64,000 nucleotides of DNA from Tubulanus polymorphus (lineage: Eukaryota; Animalia; Nemertea): the NCBI RefSeq assembly GCF_964204645.1, contig NC_134028.1, forward strand, positions 23,680,345 through 23,744,344. The letters run 5' to 3'. The notes below the pieces were generated by a model, which worked only from the letters and a program-made list of their open reading frames with translations, had not been told where the DNA came from and did no database searches. The translations under genes were made by a program, and so were the position numbers. How positions within the stretch are numbered: the first letter of the stretch is position 1; every line of letters starts with the position of its first letter. This document shows positions 1-12,200 of the stretch, piece by piece.

Positions 1-2069
1 GTCATCTTGTACGAAGGGACAGGTTCACTGCGTGTCCGAGGATGTGCTTTGAGCCCCCCGCCTCTAAAAAAAACACTCAAAGAAAAGCTTCATAGAAAGC
101 TCTGTTCGCAAATGAAAAAGAAAAAAAAGAAAATGAGAAAAAAGAAACGGCCGTAGAGAGAGCAAGCTGCTTGAAAAAGGTATTTCGATAGTTCCACAGA
201 CACTCTTCGCAAAAAGCAGTGAAGGATCATATGTCATCATCAGAAACAGATGCAGAATTCTTATTGATATAGTTTATGATATATAATCTGATATATATTA
301 ATATATCATTATATATATAATAATATCTTATAATAATCTAATCTGATACCGTGCTTGAATTCATTAGAAAACTCCTCCTCTTTCCATTTGGAAGAATCTT
401 TCGATTCTGATTTCTAAAATTCTTAAGTTCGTTATGCTAGGATATGATTCATTTGTGCTGCACTTCAATACACTGTGTAGCCCCTGTATAGTAACAATGT
501 CCATTTAGCTCAATCAGTGTCAGTAAAGTTGTCAGATTTGCGGAGTGAGTTTAACATCAAAGCAGCGAATATTTGGTGGGGTGCTCTTTCTGTATGGTAT
601 ATTTTTCATGTATTGATTTGGAATGAACTTAAAGGTCACATTTTGAATCATGTGATTAATTCAAATCACCGTCTGACTCGAAATTTCATACATTTTGATG
701 GAAATTCAATTTTACCGCGATGCAAAGTATGAATTTTGATCATATGAATTTCTTTGAACTCCGATGAAAATACGTATGATTCAGTTCCACAGAGGTCCTC
801 GAGAGTCAAATCGAGAACCGTGAATCGGTCCAGATACACTTGAGAAAGTATCAGATTGTTATTGGTTTGGTTTTGATGGTTTACGTTTTCAAAATAATTC
901 ATCCAATACACAAAATAAATTTGACGTGAAAAAATACAAGAAATTGCGTGCATGCAGGGAATCCTCGTACATTGCAGTCGGTATTTTTCGTAGCTTCAAT
1001 TAAAAAGAAAAACTCGTGATTTAGTGATACCCGACTGATCAATCAAAACTGTAAACACTACCATTTCATTCATTAGTTGTGAATTTATCAAATCATGTAT
1101 TCGTTGCGCCGTGGCTTCTGTGTTCGTGATAGAAAATGCAGTTTTTCGTTCAGAACGAAGCCGGTTCTTAATTGATGCAAATCATGGTGGAATTTCCAAA
1201 TAGGTGGAAGGTGAGGGGAGGTGGGGTCCAATTGATCCAGTCAATGAAATCAAGCTTTACGTCTAAAAACCACACTGTCAGGACAAGGACGAGATGTAAG
1301 GCTGGAGATGTCGGTGTGTTTTACCCTAAAATATAATGCGAATTTAACCAAAAATACATATATAAAGAGGATGTATTTTTGATATAACTTAATATCATTT
1401 TTTTTCTCCAATGCCGCATTTCTGGGAGCTGATGGCTGAAATAGGAAATCGAGAAGGATGGTGAATTAAAGAACTGGTTCCAGAAACTGGTCCCGATGCC
1501 ACTGTTTGATTCGGGATTGAATTTCAAGAAATGTGATCAAGTCCGATCGAAGCGAGTGGTGAGATATTTAGAACAGAGTGTGTTATATTCAATAAATATA
1601 ATTTTATAATGTGTATTTATCTAATTCTTCAATAATGTCACTGAATAAATCTGAATTTTTTTATTTTTACACAGGTCTGAAATAAATTTCCAGGCCTAAT
1701 TCGGTGCTTCGCCATCGTTATGCGAACATAATCTACTTATTGAATTGAATTCCTCCTCTGGCATGTGAATAATCACTACGCTACCGCTTTCGCTAACCTG
1801 GGAGTACTATGAAAACTGATTGCAAAAATCCATGTGAAAAAAGAAAAGGTGCCATGAACAAAACAGCATTGGTGAATAATTTCTTTTGAAATAGAATGGA
1901 AGTGAAAAAACTATTCCATATCTCTCACATGCCGCAGTAAGACGCTGACGGGTTCGAATCCCACGAATGATACATTTATAGGCGTTCTATGCCGGATCTT
2001 AACAAACCCTTACATCTCTGTCTGACTATGAACCGATGTTAAACGTTTCAGTACGGCATACACTTGCGA

Positions 2070-2405
2070 CAGGGGCGTGACAGTTATTACAAACTGACCA
2101 ATCGCAGTTGAGCTAGATAGTCACATGACCAAACAAGGTGCACGTCGCTAGTGTCAAGAAGCGCATTCTTTCCGGTTTCGATTCCCCGCGCGTCAAATTA
2201 TTACTAAAACAACGATTCGGAACGATTGAATTATAAACAGTCGGGTTTGACGCTGGTGAAAGTTGGGAGTTTTATTTAGCGAGGAACAGGACAGGAGGAA
2301 TACACGAGAACACGGCGCTTTATAGGATAGAAAAAGGATTACGATTTCTAACTCGCTGACACATAGACACAGTGTTGATATGTCAACAATGTCAAACATG
2401 GCCGC
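2070..2405 (+). promoter_or_regulatory. Probable TATA-less promoter region of sdk
   Basis: CCAAT 2098-2102, extended E-box GTCACATGAC 2120-2129, ETS-like TTCCGG ~2170, YY1-like AAACATGGCCGC 2394-2405, CpG-rich, upstream of donor CAG|GTAACG at 2487/2488. Confidence 0.5.
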
Positions 2406-2487
2406 ATGCACTGTTTTAACTATGTAATACTAAACAATAGTGCGGAATCGATACTGGAACAACTTTTAAACCACACAACGTCATCAG
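2190..2487 (+). other. sdk: Putative non-coding 5' UTR exon of sdk (start approximate), spliced to acceptor at 3085/3086
   Basis: Donor CAG|GTAACG at 2487; acceptor ATTTTCAG|GG at 3085 upstream of the start codons. Confidence 0.5.
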
Positions 2488-3205
2488 GTAACGCTGATTT
2501 TGTTTGTTTGTCTTGATATCACATGTCCGTGTCATTTTGACTGCAATTTCCCTATTTTTGACAAAAGTATTATTAATTAGTCAGGCTAATCACTCTTAAA
2601 TAACGTAGTTTGTAGGTTGGCATTGCAGTAGTCATTATTTTCTTATTCAATCCCCTGTCAAGAAAATTAAGGTTTACCCCACCAGGAATTAAGAGTACAA
2701 AAAAAGCATCTTTAGTGTACTTCATTTTATAATTAATTAAGTATAGTCTCTTTGTTTTAGACCTATTGTTTGTCAAGAGTTACTACCTGTACCTATTGCG
2801 AAATTTATATTCATTTAAACAGTAAATGATCGATTTAAGGGTTGGGACTGCGGACATCCCATCCGATATTGGCTGGGTGTAGCTTGCGACAACTTGTTGA
2901 GTGGATCGGTGCAGCGAGTGATCGGTGCTGCTGCTCATTGTTGACTGACTGGTTGCATGGTGTGGTCTACGCACTCCATCTGTCTGTCGGCTATTATTGG
3001 TCATCAGTCATAGTTACGATTCAGACGTGTTTTCTCACACTCTCCTCTAGTTTATATCGCAATAAACGTTTATAATCATTTTCAGGGTTGGAATGATTTG
3101 ATTAAATTTTGAATTTGAAAACATTTCAAAATCATGTTTACCGCCAGTAGAATTTTGTGGTGCCATTTATTCGGATTATGTGACTCTACGCGAAGATCAA
3201 GCGTA

Positions 3206-3272
3206 ATGTGGATTATTCTATGGTTTTTGGCGCTGGGCGTAATTAACTTCGCCAGTGGAACTGTTACAGATG
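3206..3272 (+). CDS. sdk: sdk coding exon 1: signal peptide MWIILWFLALGVINFASGTVTD
   Basis: Hydrophobic N-terminus; donor G|GTAAGT phase 1 matches exon 2. Confidence 0.8.
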
Positions 3273-6200
3273 GTAAGTATTTTGAAATTTTTTTTTTTGT
3301 AAAAAATTTTTTTCTGAAAAACTGTTTCAAAACATTTCTCATTTATAATTTACGCAATATATAATGTACGAATAAAAGTCGCTTTTTCAAATTAAATTTT
3401 GTATTCGCCCTCTAAAGATTTCCATTCGAGAAATTACATTTCTTGCTAGTTATGGCCTGAAGGCGACATCAATAGCATCGATGAAGGATTCCCGGTGAAT
3501 TAAGTAGTATTTAGAAACAGCAGCGGTATTTATTTCGTCCTGCTTACTACCTAGAATCTTGGCGGATAAATAACGTTGTAAAGACAGGAAAAGTTTTCTA
3601 GTCTGGTGACCACAGTCGGAGCGTTGTTAATCAGATTTGTCGGTTGTGATCTTGTCAAATTGATTGGTTTATAATTCCCGTCATGTAAACGCACATGCGT
3701 TTGTTCCCACGTACAAAACAGTCTGATACTGCTTCCGACGAACGAAAGTTTCCGAGTCCCTTTCGGCGGAAAATTTTCATTTTCTATTCTCGGTAACGAT
3801 AAATCAACGTCGGCAATTTGCCGATTTACGAAACGCTGATCCGACGTAGTCCCCCGAAAGCTTTTCGCGAATAACGCGTCTTTGAAGTCCTTTTGTTAGC
3901 TCAGAAATTATCATTACTCTCGTCAAATACATTCAGCGACTGCGGGGCTCGTTTTTGTTTTTCGCGGACAAGTTTTTCCACTCGACTAATTCCGATTCGA
4001 TCGAACGAGACTCGAGTGAAGTTCGCTTTAAACGACGACCCTCGTCGAGGCGGGAGACGGAACATTTCGCTGTCCGTGTCTCGCGCTTCATCGACGTCGA
4101 AATGCGAAATGGTTGTAATTTTTATTTCGGAGGTCGGCGGCGGTCAACAGCGAAGTCTTAGACGAATTTCGCTTGTCGTTTTCGGGTTGGGAAAATTTCG
4201 CGTTTCTGAATTGATTTCTGCCCGAGGTTCAATCTTCGCGTCGAGATAAAGTCACACCCATGAACGAAAGTGTCTTTTAGTCGCTAAGTGTACTTCAAAA
4301 AGAAAGGCGCACCTTTCTGTGATTTTCTTCCCACTTACAGATACTATCTATTTTTCTGGTATATTGTGTTACTACCCGCCCTTTTAAACTTTCGATCACG
4401 TCTTCCAAAAAAAGAACATCGAAGGCAGGTGCCGATAATTTGCCGCTGCACGTCTTTATTCTGTTCAGAAATCAGTCGAAGGTTGGCAGTTAATTAAAAA
4501 GGTGTTGAAAACACAATCTTGTACTATAGTTAATTCCGAACTGTAAGTAGCGAGTAGTTTACAAGTGTTTTACACCTCTTCACAAGTTCTCTCTAGGTCT
4601 TGATCTCTTGACTTCTTGTAAGAGTAGTTCGTAGAGAATATTATCTTAATTAGGTTTTATCAGGCCGCATTCGTTTCACCTCTCTCTAGAAGTTGATCAG
4701 ATTATCGAAACTTGAGCCGTGATTTACTTTCCACAGCTGTCTACACACAATGTGTGCCCTTATAAATCAGAGTCTTTTCAGACAAAAAATAGAACTTTTA
4801 AAGCCTTTATTGTAGCGCGTGATTACGCGACAATGTAACGTTGACCAGGCTCGAAAAAGCCGAGAAAAGCTCGAAACGGAATGAATTGTCTACTGTCGAC
4901 CTATAGGTTTTTTGACCGGTGATATCGAGGTTAATGTCCAGACAGCCCTTTGTTCTCATTGTTCATCGCCCAGACAAACTATAATGATAATCTCGAGAAT
5001 GATGATGATTTTTTTTTCTATGAAGGCTGTAGTAGCCCTCGAATTGACCCTGCAGAATGTGGAAGTAATGAAAGAAAAATCGCTAAACGTTGTGATTTTT
5101 TTATTGAAAAATCTTACAGTCGAATGGTCTCTCAGTTTTAGCCTTGGAATACTCGGATAATGGGAGTCTATTTTTTTTCACGGGATAACACATGTGTAAT
5201 TACACATAGTGGATTCTATTTCTGTTTTAAAACAAGGATCTGTTTTTCACCTGTTATTCAGTTTGGGGTCTAATCAATATATACACGTCACTGAGTGACA
5301 TGTTTATTTCTGACCCACAGACCGGGCTGCTATGTAATAACTGTTATCACTTATTGCTCATCCATCAGATTAAATCCCTCATCAGTGATGTTTTCGTGAT
5401 CTGTGGTTGAACCTTGAGCGCATTTCTTCTCGCTACGATTCCCCGCACTAAGGAAGAAGCCTTCGGTCTCTATAAGTTGTCTGGTAATTTGTTTTCGTAA
5501 TCAAAAAACGATTTATCGAATTATGAAGAAATCTTTATCGTCGTATTTTAATGGATTCAAAATTGAAAATCGTATTTTTCTCTGTCGTCGCTTATTGAAA
5601 ACCGGTGATTTCTAATCACGTCTGCTATTGACCGAGGAGACGATGGATTAAACACGGTGAGGAATGAGGAGACGAGGGATCGAATACTGTGAGGACTGAG
5701 ATTGAGACAATGGATTGAACGGTACAAGGACTCAGATTGAGACGATGGATTGAACACGGTGAGGAATGAGATTGAGATGATGGATTGAACGCGACGAGGA
5801 CTGAGATTGAGACGATGGATTGAACGCGACGAGGACTGAGATCGAGACGATGGATTGAATGCGACGAGGACTGAGATCGAGACGATGGATTGAACGCGAC
5901 GAGGACTGAGATTGAGACGATGGATTGAACGCGACGAGGACTGAGATTGAGACAATGGATTGAACGCGACGAGGACTGAGATCGAGACGATGGATTGAAC
6001 GCGACGAGGACTGAGCTTGAGAAGATGGATTGAACGCGACGAGGACTGAGATTGAGAAGATGGATTGAACGCGACGAGGACTGAGATTGAGACGATGGAT
6101 TGAACGCGACGAGGACTGAGATTGAGACAATGGATTGAACGCGACGAGGACTGAGATTGAGACGATGGATTGAACGCGACGAGGACTGAGATAGAGACAG

Positions 6201-9200
6201 TGGATTGAACACTGAGGACCGAGACGATGGATTGAACGCGACAAGGACTTGACGAGTTTTGAATTCAGCCCGTGATGTGACAATGATGACAGCGTCCGAG
6301 GGGGTTATTCATGCGGGGATTTGATGACCACCGGTCAGTAAGAGAGGTGACAATTACTCCTGTTGAGAATATAGATAGCGAAGTTAATCCGTCATTGATT
6401 GCAATGAGACGCCGAGTTTTCTCTCTATCTCGCAGATCTCGTCCGTCTGTTGCTGTGAGACGTCGTCGTCGTCACTGCTGAGGTCAATACTGGTAAATTT
6501 ACCGTTTGACGACCAATCAACTGCAATTGACTCGGCGATTTATGTATTCATCGATGGACGCACGCCCGCGCTCTCCGGCTATTTTGCCATCGCTTTTTTT
6601 TTCTCGAATAATACTTAAAACGGACGTTTATCGCCGGAACGAGAGCCAATTTCGTAATTGCGGCGCCGGTTTAAAATGCGCGGCTCGTCCGTAATGAAAT
6701 GATCTACGATTCGCATCGATGAACGGTTTTTAGGATCAGTTTCAGGTGATTGCCGCATAATTTGTATAATTTCTCCGGTTGAGCTGGGAAATGTAATCAG
6801 TCCCGGTGTAATATCGCTGCCGATGCTGCTGCTGATGCTGCTGCTGATGCTTTTTCTAATTGGCTGATGGAATTCTCGCGCTCGGAAGTTGACAATCGCA
6901 ACGCTTCATGCATTTGATACGAAATACGTCTTCGGAGCCTCGCGAGGAGTAACATTAGGAGTACCTGAGACAAGTAGTAGTAAAAAACCTCATTCTACTC
7001 GCTTGTAATATTCAAATGGGCTACAAATCACAACTACTGCTGATCAATGAAACTTTGTCGATTGGCGCTTATTTTTGCCGGAATAAATATTTCATGACGA
7101 CGAATGCGCATGATTTCCACCTCCTAAATTGTATCGGCGATGACCGTAAGTTCGGTATGGTACTCGTGAGACTGCGGTTGAGTGATTCGGGGAGTTGTTA
7201 ATTTAGTCGCCGTGGTAGAGATGAGTCTATGAGGTACAGCGAGGTAAAAAGAGAGATGCGTATACGAGATCAGTGTTATTACGTCTGTCCGTCCGTGTCT
7301 CATGAATATACGGCCGCGTCGTCTCTGACCATCAACGCTTCGTCCACCGATGAAATTGGAAAAATTTCATCATCTTCCTAACAATGTAATCTCGATAAAA
7401 CCGGACCTGCGGCTCATAACGGATGAATCCGACGGCGACAAAAAATGCGGCGAAAGAAATTTGAGGATTTTTCGCGCGGTAAGCTTGCAGTGGTCTCCGC
7501 AATCAGGTTTTATAGGCAGTTACCCATTTCATTTTACGTCCACAACCCTTCGAAACCCTTACAAAATATCTGTTGCCCCTACCAGAAATAGAAGACTACC
7601 CTAAAATTAAGCATAAATTACTGTATTTTTTGGGGGATTGAAAGCCTTGCTACTTCAGCAGCCAATGAATGCAGCCCGCTTTTAGAATTCTAGTATATGG
7701 AGAATTGGTTTGGTGGAAATATGTTTTACCATATCAAAATAGGGCCTGGGAAGATATTTCAGTATTGGTGTCGTTTCATGAAAATAGTTTAAAGCTTTTA
7801 AAGTTTTTTTTTAACTGAAAATGTTTAGTAACTAGACAAGCAATTAAACCCTATGATTTTAACTTTTTCGTGATTGAGAAACCGGTTTCAAAAAGTCTTG
7901 CCACTGACGGATGAGGAGTGTACGACTGACTGCAAGGACAGGTTTCTTGTAGCTTGTGATGAAATAATTCTCGGCGTTGAATTCGAGAATGGTAAGTCTG
8001 AAAATAGAGATAGATTGCTGCAGGTTTATATCTTCGTGAATGGTCAATTAAGGATTATCAGTTTTACCGCTGACAATAAATGTTCGGATGGTTATTTACG
8101 ACCACGAGTTTCAGATTAAAACAACTCAATGAAATATTGACCATCGATAGGCCTTACATTTAGGTAGTGATTTACTATAATGCTTTCCCTGCTTCCTTCA
8201 AATATACATTTCTCTCGGTCTCCCTCTGGTAAATCAGCACAACCTTTCTTTGTTCTGAACGACTCTCGGGGCCAAACGCAAAACGGAGCAAAGTCAAAGA
8301 GCAGCATTTTATCGAAACAAATAAGAAATCTAAACTGTGTAAGCAGGTTTTACTGATAAACTTATTGACATATGTCTGATATGAAATGCATACTTGCAGT
8401 CTGTCTGAGATATTAGATTCCGTCTGTTTTGAATTTCATCGACGAGACGAGTCAAAGTTCACGCGATAAAACAAATCCGATCGAATCGTCGAGATTTATC
8501 TCTCGCGCGCGTCATGTTTCAAACTCTTATGAAGGTTCCGCGTTTGTTGTGAATGTCATCTCGTTTTATCGAAGATCAATTCGAATTGAAATGCGTATTG
8601 AACGCCGAGTGTTTTTAGATTAAGTAATTTAATTGCGTTTGAACGAAAGCCGTGAATTTTGATCTGAATTTCACGCGTCAACTTCTACAAACAGTACATA
8701 GATTTTGCCCAAATCTTACACATGTTTTTATAATGATAAGCATTTTAACCAATTTCATCGCGTTTAACTTTGATATCCAGGACCCAGTTCAACAGTTGTG
8801 GGTTAAGCCTAGCGCACATCGACACTGCGATTGGAGACAACTAGTTGCTACCGAACGATTACCCCGCGCACATCGAATTCTAGTTACAACCGGTCAGTTG
8901 CAGCAACTGCATGACGCGTGTCGATCGTCGAAATCCAGAGCGCGCACATCGGCGGATATGACCGATTGAGTACAACCAGTTGCTTAAAAGTAGAACATGG
9001 GCAACTGGCTGGAACTGGAGATAGATCGACGCTTACCAATCGTAAGCTCGCTCACATCGACACATTCAAGCAACTGATTGTATCCAGCCAGTTCCTCTCA
9101 TGCGCCGGAAACTGCCTTGCAACTAGTTGTCTCCAATCGCAGTGTCGATGTGCGCTACGCTTTAGAGTTAACTCTGAGTTAAAGTTAGTTCATTTTCGAT

Positions 9201-12200
9201 GAGTTAATTCTAGAGTCAAATCTTAACTCAGAACTGTGGAACTGGAACCAGGCCTATGATTTTCCTTTTATCGTATTTATATGAACGATGACAATTTTTT
9301 GCAAGACAAATCATTACATAGACTACGGAATATAGTTTAACGACTGTAAATTGTTCTCGTTTCATGGTTTGCGTAAGGCCTCGGGTAGCATAGCTTGAAA
9401 TGTATCATAGCAACCCTACTCAACATTCAATGCAACAGCAACATTTTTTCCGTAAGATGATTATATAATGTACTATGTACCACACCACACACAGGGCATA
9501 GGTGATTAGATCATATCCTTACAATACAGAAGTATGCAAACAAAAATTTGCTGATAAATCATCGAAACATTTTTTCCCATTCTAAATTCCTCTCTTTGTG
9601 TGTATATATATATATATAAGGTCTGTGTTTTAGTCGGGCTGATGCTTTGTCAGTAGCGACCACTTAGTTGTCAATCTAGATGCTTTTATGACGGTTAATA
9701 GGCAATTTACGTTGAATAATATGCAGTAAAAAGTTAATGAAATATGGTTGTATCTAATCAGTGGTATTATTATAACTGCTGTTCTGTTTATACTCGTAGG
9801 AATCTGTATGGTATGTTTGCGGTCTGCCGGGTTGAATTTGCTTTTTTTTGTTCAAGTCCGGGATTTTGTTTTTTATCTGCCTACAGATATAATGGCGCAG
9901 TGCCGTGAAGTGCACGCGCCATCTCTCTCTCGCAATTTTAGATAAAAATTTGTGTGGTTCTCGTTGATGGAACAAACTCGGGGCTGTTAAAGCCAGTTGT
10001 TGTCTCCATATATTTCACTTTGCCGCAATCACTGTCATTTTGCATCGGGAATTATGTCGATCTTATGACGGTAAATTCGTGCTTTATCGTTGCGCTCGTT
10101 TAAGACGATGGTTTAACGGAGTGGAGTATTCTCTGGCTGTGTTTCACCTGCGATTTACGGCTAATTTATGTTTACGAGTTCCGTGTGGATTCCTCTCGCT
10201 GTTACAAAACCGGCGGAAGTTAATACTTGTTTATATACAAATAGCTAGTAAATTCATAGATCTCGGGGACGGATCCCTGGGCCCAAAACTCCCGAGGCCT
10301 TGTTGCATACGTATTTTAATGGGCTTCAGACCCTCCCCTAGAGAATTTGAAAGAATTTATCATTTTCTGAACTACAATGATTCTAGAACAAAATAACCGT
10401 GTAATAATGTTATCTCGACTATAAGGGCCCCCTGGATCAGGTATCGTCTCCTGGGAGAGGTTTGAAGAGTATTCCCAGATAGATTCTCATTTATAAGTTT
10501 TCCTCAAATATCTATCGCTCATAATCCTGCGGCACATGTTTAGGGTTCGTGCTGGATCTAGTTCAAGGAGGCTCTTAATCTTTTATCAAACCGTCTGTAT
10601 AAACGCACACGTGTTACATCCTTTTGTTGATACAAATGTTCTGATATTTTTTCTTCGATTTGCGCTCACGAAGAAATCTCTCCCTCCCTCTCGCCGGTTT
10701 CCTTTTGAAAACACGCTCAGGTTTACTGCGGTAACCGTGGCAGACGTGTTCATCTATTTCGCGAGGATTCGCACGGTGCTTTATGATTTGTGGTCAAAAA
10801 TCTTGTGCAAGTTGATAAGAAAGAATAAAAGGCGTTCAAAAGACGAGAAAATTCAAAATCATTATCATGAATTTAAGACAAATAAGTAATTGGTAGTAAC
10901 CTCATTGATTCCATATATGGTCATAGTACAATGAATGCTATGACACCGGGTCTATCTGTTCATTTTGATAAACAATTGAAAATCTATCTTTTCGATGAAT
11001 ATTTCAGGGAATATTTCAGGGAAAACGTGACGACACTATCGTCACTAACCGTCGTGAATTTATCGTTAAAATCGTGTCGTTTTAATTGAATTCCGATATA
11101 TGTTCAAAAAACATATTGATGACGTCATATCCGAGAGAAATTTCCAATATAGATTTTCCACTCGCATAAAGTCTGACTGTCTCGAAAAGCATTTCCATAT
11201 TTCACATATATATGAGAAAATAGTAGGGTGAGAGTGTTGGCTATTTTGTACAGTGAGATTTGGAAATTTTGACCTGCATATGAAGTTTTGCATAACATTA
11301 TATATATGTTCTGATCGAGAGTTAGAGTATTCCCTTAGTGGGACATATTCGAGTGTGAGTCATTTCGTTTTGTGAGTACCCCGCTTTTAAAAAGCAGGGC
11401 GCAGCGCTTTTATTTTCCAACAAAGACCACTCTCACAGGACCTGCACTGTGTAGGTGTTGTGTGTGTGTGTACTGAGTTCAGTTACAATGAAAGTAGGGC
11501 TTTGTATTGAAATAGTTCAGATATTTCATTTCATGATCCAATTTCTAATGATTATTTTGTAATCAGTAAAGCAAGTTTTCCGTGCAGGTTGCACAAGAGT
11601 TCGCTATTCAAATCATACATTATGACATAGATTGATCATTTTGAATTGGAGGCCTTTCCCTGTCATGAATAGAATGTCGAGATATAAACATCAAAGATAT
11701 CCCTTTTATATAAATCAGTCTAATCAAAAGTAAAGGTTGAAGACATAACATAACGTGTCCTAACGATTTGAAGACTTTTTTCACTAGGAATCTGAAAGTG
11801 GTTTTTAGTTATTCTACGAATCCCCCCCCCCCCCCGCGGGTTTTGCTTCTAGGTAGAATTATGGAATGTCTTGTAAATTCTTTGCCGTTTCATTGTGCAG
11901 ACTACCTACAGACTATACCAGGAATTAGCCACAGTTATTTTATTTACCTGTCATACCTGATATAAGGCTGTACGGTTTGATATTGATTGAATTATACAAT
12001 GGTATATGTCCCTCGGGTATATGTGAAAAATCAAAACAAAAGCTTTCAGTGGTCACCACTAGTTAGAACAGTTTATTGTTTGAGGCGGATATGGAATATG
12101 ACCAACAATTTCCGTATTTTGATCAAGAAATGCTCTTTCTATCGGTTCACAAGTACATAATCTGTATTTAAAATCGGGTGAATATTTTTTCAAGCTGGTT

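Noticed and set aside
1-1530. Lys-rich open frame at 1-156 and short minus-strand ORFs to 1527
   Set aside because: No recognisable domain, frequent stops; at most decayed element sequence
4950-5141. Short Cys-containing ORF in intron 1
   Set aside because: No ATG start, no usable splice sites, no family resemblance
5557-6283. Three long minus-strand ORFs / CRISPR-like periodicity
   Set aside because: Pure tandem 35-bp repeat with no unique spacers, eukaryotic context, no cas genes; ORFs are repeat artefacts
8652-9202. ORFs 8652-8969 and 8918-9202 matching ORFs at 47019-47463
   Set aside because: Translations of the non-autonomous MITE; no transposase motifs
9744-9945. Hydrophobic ORF with GTATGT donor as an alternative sdk first exon
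   Set aside because: The hydrophobic frame has no ATG before the hydrophobic segment and wrong phase; the ATG frame with phase 1 is not signal-peptide-like
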